64,000 nucleotides of DNA from Spirochaetota bacterium (GTDB taxonomy: Bacteria > Spirochaetota > UBA4802 > JAFGDQ01): assembly GCA_043803405.1 (NCBI GenBank), contig JAZDKB010000018.1, positions 64,001 to 128,000 on the forward strand, read 5' to 3'. The notes under the pieces are model-generated. The model had not been told where the DNA came from and ran no database searches. It was given only the letters and a program-made list of their open reading frames with translations. Positions 9,802 through 20,524 of the stretch are shown piece by piece. Position numbers and translations under genes: made by a program. Each line of letters opens with the position of its first letter. The stretch's first letter is position 1.

Positions 9802-11534
9802 TAAATTTCCTTTTCTATGCTTTTTACAATAATGACGGTTTCTTCGGAAAGATCACAGGGATCATCGCCTTTCCCAGTGTATATAAGAATCTCAATTTTT
9901 TTCAATATCCATTCCATCTGGTTGATAGTTTCTTCTTTACAGCCTTTCTGTTTAAGAATTGCCGATGATTCCTGGGGAGTAAGCGATCCCATTTCCAGTT
10001 TAAAGCGGTTATTAAAATAGTCTTTTAAAGCATTTGAAAGCGCATTTGCGGACAGGTCTTTATCCCTGCATGTTTTATAAAAATTATTTGCCGCCCTGAA
10101 TACTTTAATTCTGGATATTTCCATCCCTTTATTTGTAAGTCTGTATATTGTTGCAGCAGCTCCGAAAGCCATTGCAGGAGCCAGCAACAAAAGCCATAAA
10201 AACCATCCGGATCCTTCCTGCTGTTTTGCAAGGCTCCTGGCCGATCTGTGTACAGGCAGAATATCCGTTCCGAGTTCTTCGACTTCTTCCTTGCCGGCAG
10301 ACCGTGTTCTTTCTTTTGCAAACGGTGATTGCTGCTGTTCTGCAGAACCGGGATCGGCAAGCAGAAAAAACTGTCTTGTACTTATCCTTGAGTAGTATCT
10401 CTGTAAAGAATCAAAATAAGCTATTGTAAGCGATGGCACAATGTATTGCCCCTGTTTTTCCGGAACAATTGCCCATTTCATTGTTTTTATCCCTGCTATT
10501 CCTTTTTCGCTTTGCTGAATATCGAGCTTCGGCTCGTCGGAATATATCTTCGCGTTTTTAATATCCGGCATTTTCAAATCCGGTATTCTGTTGACATTGC
10601 CCGATCCTTTGACAGTAACAGTTAGCGTGGCCGATTCGCCTGCCTTTATACGGCCGGGAGTAAGCTCCGATGTAATGCTGTATGTGCCGATAAGCCCTGT
10701 GTAATCTGCCGGCTTGCCTGCTTCGGGCACACCGAGAACATCCAGAACCAGCGGATTGCTTGCAAGCGTAACCTGTTTGCCCCTTATATTTGAGAAAAAA
10801 TCGTCCATTGAAAAGAGTTCGTCATCATCCTGCCGGCGCTGAGGGATCCTTACAAGCATGGTCATTCTTGCAGGATTAATGTTAAAACGCCCGGCCCTGG
10901 CGGCTGCAACGGAAAATTTTAATTCAATTACCTGGTAATTCTTTGAATTATAAGTTGTGCTGTATTCTACTGCTTTACCGATCTGTTTGAATGAAAGCCC
11001 GTCTGCCTCCGGAATTACAGGCGTTATATTTGAAATATCATTCTTATAATAAAGCCTTAAAGTATACTGTACTTCTTCTTCAAGATAAGCCCTTGCGGAA
11101 GATAATGCGGCAGTCAGAAAAAGAGGAGCATTCACCCCGCCTTTCTGATCAACGTAGTTTTTTACAGTCAGCCTTACAGTCCCGCTCTGATACATTTTGC
11201 CGTCTATTTTTACAAATGCAGGGCCTATATCGAAAATCCCTATCCCCTTTGGCTGGATTATATAATTATAATCCAGGTTGGAGGCCATGCGACCGTTTAT
11301 AATCTGTATCTGGCTGGACCTGCCGGTCTTCTGTACGGTAAAATATTCAAGCCCCCTGACCTGAGGTTCATCCGCGTCTCTTGAGCCCGATATTCCCACA
11401 ACGAGTTTAACAGAGTCGGTAACTGCGGACTCATACCGGTTGAGTTTTAAAGATACAGATATCTCTGCCGACGCGCTGTATTGGAAAAATATAACAGCAC
11501 AGATAATAAAAATAAATTTTGTAAGATAATTCAT
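9801..11534 (-). CDS. batD: BatD family protein
   Basis: SSQIQIING, V.G.GN motifs, TM near C-terminus, bat operon context. Confidence 0.85.
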   Translation of the reverse strand: MNYLTKFIFIICAVIFFQYSASAEISVSLKLNRYESAVTDSVKLVVGISGSRDADEPQVRGLEYFTVQKTGRSSQIQIINGRMASNLDYNYIIQPKGIGIFDIGPAFVKIDGKMYQSGTVRLTVKNYVDQKGGVNAPLFLTAALSSARAYLEEEVQYTLRLYYKNDISNITPVIPEADGLSFKQIGKAVEYSTTYNSKNYQVIELKFSVAAARAGRFNINPARMTMLVRIPQRRQDDDELFSMDDFFSNIRGKQVTLASNPLVLDVLGVPEAGKPADYTGLIGTYSITSELTPGRIKAGESATLTVTVKGSGNVNRIPDLKMPDIKNAKIYSDEPKLDIQQSEKGIAGIKTMKWAIVPEKQGQYIVPSLTIAYFDSLQRYYSRISTRQFFLLADPGSAEQQQSPFAKERTRSAGKEEVEELGTDILPVHRSARSLAKQQEGSGWFLWLLLLAPAMAFGAAATIYRLTNKGMEISRIKVFRAANNFYKTCRDKDLSANALSNALKDYFNNRFKLEMGSLTPQESSAILKQKGCKEETINQMEWILKKIEILIYTGKGDDPCDLSEETVIIVKSIEKEI

Positions 11535-11542
11535 AATATAAA

Positions 11543-12289
11543 TTACCAGCTTTTCCCAGAATCTGTCCTTCTTTTATCTTTAGGTGACTGCATCTGCAAG
11601 ATCTTTGCCCTGTCTTCCTTTACATTGTCGAGCAAAGCCTCCGCTTTTTTCCTTTCCAGCATTTGTGCAGGGCTAAGCGCTTCTTTGGGTTTTTCGCCCA
11701 TCGGATTAGCGGAATTCAGCTTGCCGGAAAGATCTTTAGGGCTGCCGCTCTCCCCGGACTTATCCTCTTTGTTTTTCCGGCTGTCGTTTCCCTTTTCTCC
11801 TTTTTGCGGATTCTGATCTTCTTTCTGATTATTCTTTTTTTCGTTTTTATTATCTTTGTTGTTTTTTTTATCAGGATTCTTTTTCTCTTCTTCAAGTTTC
11901 TTTAAGGATAATTCCAGATTATATTTTGCGTCCGAATTATCCGGATTGTAAATGATTGCCTGCTTGTAAAATTCCGCTGCAGCCGCAAAATCATCCTGTA
12001 CAAATGCAGTGTTTCCCAGGTTGTATGCCGCTCTGGAAAGCATTGCGCTGTCCTTCGACCTTCTCAGAACGCTTGTAAACGCGGCTTCTGCACCCTGATA
12101 ATCTTTGTTCTGATAAGCAGCGCATCCTTTGTTATAGCGGTAGCGCAAATCCTTCGGGTCGTCCATATCTCCCTGCTGATACGCCTTTTCCGCTTCGGAA
12201 AATTGCCCGTCCCTGTACAGATCGTCCGCGTTCTTTGCATACGCGTAGGAATTCAATATCAGGAATAAAAAGATTAATATCTTTATCAT
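11543..12289 (-). CDS. batC: BatC-like TPR protein
   Basis: TPRs, AKYNLEL, K/N/D-rich linker, C-terminal ...KSW. Confidence 0.8.
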   Translation of the reverse strand: MIKILIFLFLILNSYAYAKNADDLYRDGQFSEAEKAYQQGDMDDPKDLRYRYNKGCAAYQNKDYQGAEAAFTSVLRRSKDSAMLSRAAYNLGNTAFVQDDFAAAAEFYKQAIIYNPDNSDAKYNLELSLKKLEEEKKNPDKKNNKDNKNEKKNNQKEDQNPQKGEKGNDSRKNKEDKSGESGSPKDLSGKLNSANPMGEKPKEALSPAQMLERKKAEALLDNVKEDRAKILQMQSPKDKRRTDSGKSW

Positions 12290-12302
12290 AATTAAATTGT
12301 GA

Positions 12303-12578
12303 TTAAGTGCGTGTTCCTATCTTTTCATATACTTTTTTTCTGTGGATTATGCCCAGAATAAAAATGAAATTGCCTTTAATTTTAAAAACTATTCTGTAAT
12401 CTCCGACTCTCAGTTTCCAGTAACCCTTAAGTGTTTTTCGCAGAGGCTCACCATAGTGATGCGGAACTTCTGTAAGCCGTGTTTCAATAGCAGCTTTAAT
12501 ACGCTTTTTTATTTTTTCGTTAATGAGCGGCAAGTCAATGCTTTTTACATAAGGATGATATCTGATTTCAAAAGCCAA
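12303..12578 (-). CDS. RelE/ParE family toxin
   Basis: GEPLRKTLKGYWKLRVGDYRIVF...HRKKVY. Confidence 0.9.
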   Translation of the reverse strand: MAFEIRYHPYVKSIDLPLINEKIKKRIKAAIETRLTEVPHHYGEPLRKTLKGYWKLRVGDYRIVFKIKGNFIFILGIIHRKKVYEKIGTRT

Positions 12579-12580
12579 TG

Positions 12581-12805
12581 TTACCAGACCTCATTATGTT
12601 TAAGAGCATTTGATTTTTTTAAAGATTTATCTCTTTCTTCTGCGAATAAGGATAAGCCAACATCTTCTTTTATCTCCAGAGCTTCTTTTACAAGGTCGCG
12701 TATTTTAAGCGATAACGATACCTTATCTCTTTCTGCAAGATCATGTATGGCTGCGTATAAAGGTTCTTCCAGTACTACGTTTATTCTCGGATTTTTTGTC
12801 GGCAT
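12581..12805 (-). CDS. RHH antitoxin
   Basis: MPTKNPRINVVLE..., AGAGG RBS before ATG at 12805, directly upstream of relE. Confidence 0.85.
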   Translation of the reverse strand: MPTKNPRINVVLEEPLYAAIHDLAERDKVSLSLKIRDLVKEALEIKEDVGLSLFAEERDKSLKKSNALKHNEVW

Positions 12806-13004
12806 AATTTTTATCCTCTTTATTATAAGTGTAACACTATTAACACACTGCGTCAATAATGCAATAAAAAAATATTATCCAAATTATGATTTACTTTTAT
12901 TTTGTCCTTCATAGTATTGCAAAGTCAATTTTAATATTTAGATAGAATTCCTTATTCTCTTGACGGTGGTTTTACAAATTGAAAAAAGTTTCAAAAAATA
13001 TAGA

Positions 13005-14483
13005 ATGAAAAAACATTACCTGCATATAAAATTATTTATTTTTATTTTTCAAATTATTTTTTTTCTTCAGATGAATTTTGGTTTTGCCCAGACTAAAATA
13101 TCACCAAAAGCTGTAGCAGTATTCACTATTCCAAATAATAATAATTCCGACATTATTCTGACTGCCGAAACGGCAAATAAAATAAAAAAAGTTTTTATTG
13201 ATTGCGGCCGGTTTATGCCTGTTGACGACATCCCGGAAGCTCTTTTTAATAAAGCAAAAAATGAATCAGGCGGAGACGGGAGAGACATTTTTAATAAAAC
13301 TGCGCAGTTTTTAAACTGCGACATCTATGTGCTAGTTTCCTCCTACCAGACCGGGAATATGTTTTATTCGGATGTCGCTGTAGTGCCTGTAAACCAGGAA
13401 TATAAAAGCCTGGAAAAAATAGTTAAATTAAGAAGCAAAATCAAACTGAATATTCCTTTAAAAGCCGGTATTGAAATTGCGCTGCTCCATAAAAATATTC
13501 CTGTAAACGCGTCTGTTGTAAAATCTTTCGGGAACGAGACCTATCTTATCAGCGCAGGGCAATGGCAGGGAATTAAAAATGATGAAGTATATAAATTGCC
13601 GGAATCGGATATCCGGGTAATTCAAACAGGGCGTTTTGAATCAATTGTAAAAAGTCCGGCAATAAAAAAAGAGGGCGAATCTATTGTTATAAAAATATTT
13701 CCGGATATCGATAAAATATTTTTGGAACTGGATAACGATATTTCCAGAAATACCGTAAACAGATACGAACTTGCCCAGGGAACGGACGGGAAAAGGCTTC
13801 TTGAAGGGATATGTGTTGTAAACATCGGTGGCAATATTTGCGTGCCTGGTTACGGTGCTTTTTTATCCACAAGTTATCTCGGCTTTAAAGATCCGAAGCC
13901 CGACTGGCCCGGCATAACTGTTTCGGCAACAGTAATCGGAATGCAGTTTTTACTCCCGGAATTAATGACGGATTTTAAAATAAATTTTTTTCCCTGGGAA
14001 CAGGACAGCAGCAAAACCGGCAGGATGCAGGATCTGCAAAAATTCCTCTGGATCACGCTGCCTGTCACTTTTTCAACCGCGTATATGGACCAGCTGGCAA
14101 ATCAGTTCAGGTCCACTGAACATCTTCCGCCTTTCTTCAATGATAAGGATAATATGGCAGCAGTGTTTTCACTGTTTATTCCAGGAGGAGGCCTTTTTTA
14201 TAAAGCGCACAGGCTTGCAGGCTGGGGTTTTTATTTTTCGGAAATGAGCGCTGCCGGCTATGCAGTTTATAACTACGAAAAAAAATCGGGCAAATGCGCT
14301 TTAATAGCGCTCGGAGCATTAAAGCTGGCGGATATTATTTATGCTTATATAATAAGGACTTCATATTCTTTTTATAATCTTGAAAAAGAAAGACAAATAG
14401 AGCCGGCATTTTTAAACATGGGATTTAATACAGGCCCGGATCATGACCGTATATATAATCTCATGGTTACAAAAACGTTTTAA
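13005..14483 (+). CDS. Hypothetical secreted/membrane protein
   Basis: Long ORF with signal-like N-terminus and hydrophobic C-terminal segments; ATG start preferred over TTG 12960. Confidence 0.6.
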   Translation: MKKHYLHIKLFIFIFQIIFFLQMNFGFAQTKISPKAVAVFTIPNNNNSDIILTAETANKIKKVFIDCGRFMPVDDIPEALFNKAKNESGGDGRDIFNKTAQFLNCDIYVLVSSYQTGNMFYSDVAVVPVNQEYKSLEKIVKLRSKIKLNIPLKAGIEIALLHKNIPVNASVVKSFGNETYLISAGQWQGIKNDEVYKLPESDIRVIQTGRFESIVKSPAIKKEGESIVIKIFPDIDKIFLELDNDISRNTVNRYELAQGTDGKRLLEGICVVNIGGNICVPGYGAFLSTSYLGFKDPKPDWPGITVSATVIGMQFLLPELMTDFKINFFPWEQDSSKTGRMQDLQKFLWITLPVTFSTAYMDQLANQFRSTEHLPPFFNDKDNMAAVFSLFIPGGGLFYKAHRLAGWGFYFSEMSAAGYAVYNYEKKSGKCALIALGALKLADIIYAYIIRTSYSFYNLEKERQIEPAFLNMGFNTGPDHDRIYNLMVTKTF

Positions 14484-14569
14484 TATGTTGCTGAATTATA
14501 TCTTGACTTTTTTGTTTTAGTGAATCAATATAATTTGATTTCGAAGTTAATTATTTAGAAGGTATATTT

Positions 14570-15130
14570 ATGAAAAAATTATTATCAATAATTGCAGTTT
14601 TATTTTGCGCAATGGCGCTGACAGTTTGCGAAAGTACACAGGAAAACATTAAAAAGACCGGGTGCATAGACGGAGACTGTGTAAACGGAAAAGGCATGTA
14701 TATATGGACAGACGGTGCAAGGTATTACGGGACATTTAAAGACGCGAAATTCAACGGAACCGGAGAATATAAATATCCTGACGGGAAAATTTATACAGGG
14801 GAATATAAAGACGGCAAAATGCACGGACAGGGCGCACTGGTTTTCACAGACGGCAAAAAATATTCCGGCGAATTTAAAGATAACGAAATGAACGGGAACG
14901 GGGAGCTTATTTATCCTGATGGGAAAAAATATATCGGGGAAATAAAAGACGGCTGCGCAGACGGGCAGGGCATATTTCTGTGGCCCGATAAATCAAAGTA
15001 CGTAGGCGAATTTCAGAAGAATGTTATGCAGGGCAAAGGAAGGCTGATCTACCCTGACGGACGGGTTTTTGAAGGCGAATTTGTAAACGGTATTCTTATA
15101 GATAAAAAATCCGAGAAAAAAGTTAAGTAA
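14570..15130 (+). CDS. MORN-repeat exported protein
   Basis: Repeated Y.GEFKD...GxG...YPDG units; signal peptide. Confidence 0.9.
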   Translation: MKKLLSIIAVLFCAMALTVCESTQENIKKTGCIDGDCVNGKGMYIWTDGARYYGTFKDAKFNGTGEYKYPDGKIYTGEYKDGKMHGQGALVFTDGKKYSGEFKDNEMNGNGELIYPDGKKYIGEIKDGCADGQGIFLWPDKSKYVGEFQKNVMQGKGRLIYPDGRVFEGEFVNGILIDKKSEKKVK

Positions 15131-15150
15131 GTCAACTTCGCTGACTTTTT
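15129..15150 (+). terminator. Possible intrinsic terminator
   Basis: AAGTCA/TGACTT stem followed by T run right after the stop codon. Confidence 0.4.
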
Positions 15151-15173
15151 AAAATAATTTGAGGCAAATACTG

Positions 15174-15287
15174 GACGAATGCTATAAAAATATGTAATTT
15201 TCTCGCCGCTAATGCTTACATCCTGTAAGAAGCGGCTTGCGGCGGCTTCCTGCCGCCTTAAAATTACTTATTTTTATAGCATTCGTC
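15174..15287. repeat. 114-bp Y-shaped inverted-repeat element
   Basis: 28-bp terminal IR (27/28 match) enclosing two GC-rich hairpins. Confidence 0.8.
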
Positions 15288-15356
15288 ATTAATAATTATT
15301 ATATTTATTATCTTATAAAAATAGTTTTACAAGTTGAGTAATCAAATAACAATAAA

Positions 15357-16283
15357 TTAAAAAGAGACAAATCCTATCTGCGGGCCTGGTGTTACATGCA
15401 GGCTTTTATTTGCTTCGTAAATATCGCCATCCATCTGGTAAAGAAATTTTCCTTTGCATATTATTTTTAAATCAGAAGCGACATTATCATAATGATTCGG
15501 AAGCTTTACGGGAATGCCTTTGCGTATCCTGTTAAAATTAAGAAGCAGTTGGCCGGGCGTTATGCCGGATGCGATTAAATGAAAAGCGTTTTTCTTTTCA
15601 TAGGCGCGCGGTGTTGGAGTAAAACTAATTGCGAGATTTGCAATAGTAGCAGCGAATATCGCAAAGAAATCGTTAAAGCCCAGTTCTTTACCGTCAGCGA
15701 TTACCCTGAGATTCATCCTTTCAAAAATCCCGCTGTCTTTTTTAATCAGTGTCTGAAGAGCTGTAATTAAAATCACTTTAATTGCTTTTAACGGGCTTTT
15801 ATTTCCCCCCTTGTTAAATTCATTAGTAAAATTTGCGGTAAAACCCAGCCCGAATAAAAAGCAATACATATCGTTTACTTTCATTGTATTTCTGTAAACT
15901 ATCCGTATTTCATTTTTATTGCGAATTGCGTTTACTAATTTATTTAATAGAAATGAGCCTTTTCCTTTCAGCTGGTACGATCTCGCAATATTGTTCATTG
16001 ATCCGTCCCTGAGTATGAGGATGTTCGGGAGCTTACTGTTCTTATATACTGATATAAATTTCGAAATTACAAGATGAATCGATCCATCTCCGCCGGATAT
16101 TGCAAGATACGAAATATTCTGCTTTTTAAAGTCCTTTGCAGCTTTAATGATGTCATCTGAATTCCGCGTTAACCTTACATCGGCAAATTCGGACCCGATA
16201 TTTTTATAATACAATACCGGATCAGTTTTCATTCTTTTTATTCGTTTCGAATGCGGATTTATAATTATACCTATTTTTGCCAT
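15357..16283 (-). CDS. Diacylglycerol/lipid kinase family protein
   Basis: INPHS, GGDGS, GSMNNIA, QMDGD motifs. Confidence 0.85.
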   Translation of the reverse strand: MAKIGIIINPHSKRIKRMKTDPVLYYKNIGSEFADVRLTRNSDDIIKAAKDFKKQNISYLAISGGDGSIHLVISKFISVYKNSKLPNILILRDGSMNNIARSYQLKGKGSFLLNKLVNAIRNKNEIRIVYRNTMKVNDMYCFLFGLGFTANFTNEFNKGGNKSPLKAIKVILITALQTLIKKDSGIFERMNLRVIADGKELGFNDFFAIFAATIANLAISFTPTPRAYEKKNAFHLIASGITPGQLLLNFNRIRKGIPVKLPNHYDNVASDLKIICKGKFLYQMDGDIYEANKSLHVTPGPQIGFVSF

Positions 16284-16332
16284 TGTATTCCTGTTAATTA
16301 ATATTTTTCCTGTGAGTATGTCCTAAAGCTAT

Positions 16333-16971
16333 TTACTCAAATTCCGACTTTGCAGTCCAGTCGGACTCATTTATTAAAAAGTCTCCGAAAACCGAAGGCG
16401 CATGTTCGCGCAGGATTTTCAGCATATCAATGCAAACCCTTCTGAATTCCCACTGCACGTTCTTCTGTAATCTTAATGAAAAAATAAAGCGCAGTTCCCT
16501 GAAATTGGCAGAGAAAACAATTTCACTCTCCAGGGCATTCGGGAGCACAAACCTGGCGTCTTCCTTTTTGATTCCTTTTTCAATAAGAGCGGCATAAGTA
16601 TTTTTTGATGTTTCAATAAAATCTTTGTATAATTTCCCGGCTTCGCCGTTCTCCGCAATACCTGGAGGAATAATATAATTAAAATCCGATTCGTTCACAT
16701 ATCTCTGGGATTGCTGCGAAAAGCTCGCAACGCGGTGCCTTACAAGCTGGTGGGTAAACGCCCTGGACGCTCCCCTTATCCTGAAAGTCGCCGACGCATG
16801 CTCAATGATTGAAAGATGGCCTCTTTTTATGCTGTTCCTGATAAAATTTTTTTCGCTCTCATCCGTAATTCTGTCAAGGGACAGATAGCATGTTCTGCCG
16901 GCTTCTTCGATAAGCTTTTCAGCATTCGGAGTAATTGCGATTAGTTTTACGTCCGGTTTTAATATTTCCAT
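16333..16971 (-). CDS. thyX: FAD-dependent thymidylate synthase
   Basis: RHRVASFSQQSQRY, EDARFVLP. Confidence 0.96.
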   Translation of the reverse strand: MEILKPDVKLIAITPNAEKLIEEAGRTCYLSLDRITDESEKNFIRNSIKRGHLSIIEHASATFRIRGASRAFTHQLVRHRVASFSQQSQRYVNESDFNYIIPPGIAENGEAGKLYKDFIETSKNTYAALIEKGIKKEDARFVLPNALESEIVFSANFRELRFIFSLRLQKNVQWEFRRVCIDMLKILREHAPSVFGDFLINESDWTAKSEFE

Positions 16972-17235
16972 AAATTGTTTTTATATGCCGATAATAAATC
17001 CAGTGTTTTTCAATATTAATACTTTAACTCAATGTGTAACTTTTAATAAGTAATAATCATTGTAGTACACTGTCAAATTTGAGATTGTGAGTAAAAAAAT
17101 TTTTTTAGAATTCAATGTAAATAGTTTTTATAAACATAATTTTTCTTTGCAATAAAAAAATATACGTATTAATAATTTCGTTGATTTAATTTTTTACTTT
17201 GTTAAGTTAGGTTTTTTTGAAAAAAAAATAAAAAT

Positions 17236-17922
17236 GTGACCTCTATGGAATGTATTTTTTATCTCAAGTTTATTTTGCTTATTATCATTGGTTTGATAAT
17301 GGGCTTTTTATCATCTATTCCCGTAGGTGCTGTTCAGCTCGAGGTTGCAAAGAAGGCTATTAATGGTCATCTGATTCCTGCTATTGCTATAGCTGTCGGT
17401 TCCGCAACATCGGATTTCATTTACGGAGTTTTAACTCTTTTCGGCCTCGGCGGGTTTCTTTTTCATATAGAATTTAAAATCGGAGTGTATATTCTCGGCA
17501 TTATTGTACTTTTATTCCTTTTTATCCGTTCTATGAAAGAATACAGGCGTGGTATTGTTTATTATGAAAAACGTCTTGTATACAAAAAAAGGATTTCCTT
17601 CTTAACGGGTTTTACAATTGCAATAACAAATCCCGGAATGATCATCTGGTGGATAATCGGATTTAAAATATTTATTGATTTCGATATTTTTAATACGATC
17701 ACCCCGCTTATTAAAATAATTTTTATTATTTCAGGATGCGCAGGGCTTGTAGGTTATTTGATTTTTATTGCAACAATACTGAATAAAATGCAGCAATCGG
17801 TTTCAAAAAAATTTCTTCACAGAATGAATCTGTATTTAATGGTTTTACTCGGAATTTTAATTAGTTACTTTTTAATTAAACTGATATTTATAATTTTTAA
17901 CTTCCGTTCTCCTCTTCCATAA
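17236..17922 (+). CDS. LysE family translocator
   Basis: IPVGAV, FLTGFTIAITNPG, about six TMs. Confidence 0.75.
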   Translation: MTSMECIFYLKFILLIIIGLIMGFLSSIPVGAVQLEVAKKAINGHLIPAIAIAVGSATSDFIYGVLTLFGLGGFLFHIEFKIGVYILGIIVLLFLFIRSMKEYRRGIVYYEKRLVYKKRISFLTGFTIAITNPGMIIWWIIGFKIFIDFDIFNTITPLIKIIFIISGCAGLVGYLIFIATILNKMQQSVSKKFLHRMNLYLMVLLGILISYFLIKLIFIIFNFRSPLP

Positions 17923-18167
17923 ATTCATTTTTTCAGCTGCCAAGCAATTACTTAACATTTTCTATTTTATGTCCTGCAAATATTTTAAAGCGACATAATA
18001 TTTTTATTGACTAATTCATTCATATATGTTTTAAAATTACTATTAAATTCAATTCAAGTATAAATCACTCCGCCTTTATAAGGCAGCAACTCATTAAGAA
18101 TAAACATATTTAAATAAAATAATTTTTTCAGATTTTTTCAAAGCCTTTATTTTATGGAGCATTTCAA

Positions 18168-20234
18168 ATGAAGCAGGATTCAGCCTCGAAATATATACGT
18201 AAAAGAGACGGAAGAATTGTTCCTTTTGACCCCGAAAAAATAACAGAAGCTATCTTTAAAGCAGCAAGGGCCGTAGGCGGCGATGACAGGGATCCGGCAA
18301 AAAGCGTTTCGGATTCGGTAATAGGAATACTCGATATAGTCTGCAAAGATGAAAGAATCCCTACTGTAGAAAATGTTCAGGATCTTGTTGAAAAGATTTT
18401 AATTGAGAAAGGCCACGCAAAAGTCGCAAAGGCTTTTATTCTCTACAGGGAACAGCACAGAAAAATAAGAGAAGCAAAAGCTCTTATTGACGAAGGCTTA
18501 AGCCTTGTTGATGATTACCTGGACAGGTCGGACTGGCGTGTTAATGAAAACAGCAATATGAGTTATTCTCTTCAGGGACTGAACAATCACATAGCGTCTG
18601 CGATTACCGCAAAGTACTGGCTTGAGAGAATATACCCGCCCGAAATACGGGAGGCCCATGTAAACTGCGATCTGCATATTCATGATCTCGGGCTTCTGTC
18701 GGCCTATTGTGTAGGCTGGGATCTTAAGGACGTCCTTTTAAAGGGGTTCGGCGGAGTGAAAGGAAAGGTCGAAAGCAGGCCCGCTAAGCATTTCAGAAGC
18801 GCCCTGGGACAGGTTGTAAACTTTTTTTATACGCTGCAGGGGGAATCCGCAGGAGCGCAGGCATTTGCTAATTTCGATACTTATCTGGCTCCGTTTATTA
18901 AATATGACAATCTATCCTATAAGGAAGTAAGACAGTGTTTGCAGGAATTTATATTTAACATGAATATTCCTACAAGGGTAGGTTTTCAGACACCGTTTAC
19001 AAATGTGACAATGGATATTGTTGTGCCTTCTAACATTGGCGAAGAATATGTGGTCATTGGCGGAGAAATTAAAGATAAAAAATATGCCGAGTTTCAGAAT
19101 GAAATGGATATTTTTAATTCTGCCTTTACGGAATGCCTGCTTGAAGGCGACGCGAAAAACCGCATCTTTACATTCCCTATCCCGACTTATAATCTTACAA
19201 AAAATTTTGATTGGGATAATCCCAAGCATGAGCATTTGTGGGAAATGACGGCAAAATACGGGATTCCTTACTTTGCCAACTTTATAAATTCCGACATGGA
19301 TCCTGAAGACGCAAGGTCAATGTGCTGCAGGCTGAGACTGGATAACCGCGAATTGCGGAAAAGAGGCGGGGGGCTATTCGGAGCAAATCCGCTTACAGGC
19401 AGCATAGGCGTTATAACGATCAATATGCCGAGGCTTGCGTACAATTCCGCTAATGAAAACGAATTCTTTGACAGGCTTGAGCATTTAATGGAATTAGGGA
19501 AAAACGCTCTCGAAGTTAAAAGAAAAGTACTCGAAAGCTTTACGGAAAACGATCTGTATCCTTATACAAAATATTATTTATCCGATATCCGTCAAAGAAC
19601 AGGCAAATACTGGATCAATCATTTTTCCACGATAGGAATAATCGGAATGAATGAAGCCTGTTTGAATCTGATCGGGAAAAATATTGCAACAAAAGAAGGA
19701 AAGGATTTTTCAATAAAAGTGTTAAAATTCATGAGAGAAAGGCTGTCCGAATATCAGGAAGAAACAGGCAGTCTGTTTAATCTTGAAGCGACTCCCGCAG
19801 AAGGCGTTACATACAGGTTTGCAAAGCACGATAAAAATGATTTTCCGAAAATAATTACAGCAGGCAAGAACGAGCCGTATTATACAAATTCAGTTCATTT
19901 GCCTGTTAACGAAGAAGCGGATGTATTCGAGCTTCTTGCTCATCAAAATGAGCTTCAGGCTTTGTTTACAGGCGGTACAGTCGTTCATTGCTTTCTTGGC
20001 GAAAAAATAGACGATCCGAAAATGGTGATGCTTTTAGTAAAGAAAATTGCGGAGAATTATTCTGTTCCGTATTTTACGCTGACTCCGACCTTCAGCATTT
20101 GCCCTGTTCACGGCTATTTGCCCGGCTCCCATGAGTTTTGTCCACATGAGCACAGCGAGGAAGACCTTGAAGCTTACGGAATCGATGCCGATAATGATAA
20201 TAAAGCAGAGACTGTTTTTAAAGCAGTGAGCTGA
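18168..20234 (+). CDS. nrdD: Class III anaerobic ribonucleotide reductase, large part (ATP cone; lacks glycyl-radical tail)
   Basis: KRDGR ATP cone, HIHDL, SMCCRL, EATPAEG, CPVHG...CP; no RVVGY motif. Confidence 0.93.
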   Translation: MKQDSASKYIRKRDGRIVPFDPEKITEAIFKAARAVGGDDRDPAKSVSDSVIGILDIVCKDERIPTVENVQDLVEKILIEKGHAKVAKAFILYREQHRKIREAKALIDEGLSLVDDYLDRSDWRVNENSNMSYSLQGLNNHIASAITAKYWLERIYPPEIREAHVNCDLHIHDLGLLSAYCVGWDLKDVLLKGFGGVKGKVESRPAKHFRSALGQVVNFFYTLQGESAGAQAFANFDTYLAPFIKYDNLSYKEVRQCLQEFIFNMNIPTRVGFQTPFTNVTMDIVVPSNIGEEYVVIGGEIKDKKYAEFQNEMDIFNSAFTECLLEGDAKNRIFTFPIPTYNLTKNFDWDNPKHEHLWEMTAKYGIPYFANFINSDMDPEDARSMCCRLRLDNRELRKRGGGLFGANPLTGSIGVITINMPRLAYNSANENEFFDRLEHLMELGKNALEVKRKVLESFTENDLYPYTKYYLSDIRQRTGKYWINHFSTIGIIGMNEACLNLIGKNIATKEGKDFSIKVLKFMRERLSEYQEETGSLFNLEATPAEGVTYRFAKHDKNDFPKIITAGKNEPYYTNSVHLPVNEEADVFELLAHQNELQALFTGGTVVHCFLGEKIDDPKMVMLLVKKIAENYSVPYFTLTPTFSICPVHGYLPGSHEFCPHEHSEEDLEAYGIDADNDNKAETVFKAVS

Positions 20235-20338
20235 TTTATAGTTTGATTCCACCGTACACTATTTTATACAGGACGACAAAATTGATGATAATTTTAAAAG
20301 TGTATTGCATAAATTAAAAAATTTCTTTAGAGGTAATT

Positions 20339-20524
20339 ATGAAAAAAGGAAAAAAAATCCCGGTGGAAGTATACTCCAGAGTTGTCGGTTATTTCAGACC
20401 TGTTAATCAGTGGAATAAAGGCAAGCAGGAAGAGTTTAGCGAAAGGTTTGAATTTACACCGGAAGCAATCATCGGTACATGTTTGAATGAAAATCAAAGG
20501 TATACAAAAAACATCGCTTGTTGA
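20339..20524 (+). CDS. Stand-alone NrdD glycyl-radical domain
   Basis: EVYSRVVGYFRPVNQWNKGKQEEF; own GAGG RBS. Confidence 0.88.
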   Translation: MKKGKKIPVEVYSRVVGYFRPVNQWNKGKQEEFSERFEFTPEAIIGTCLNENQRYTKNIAC

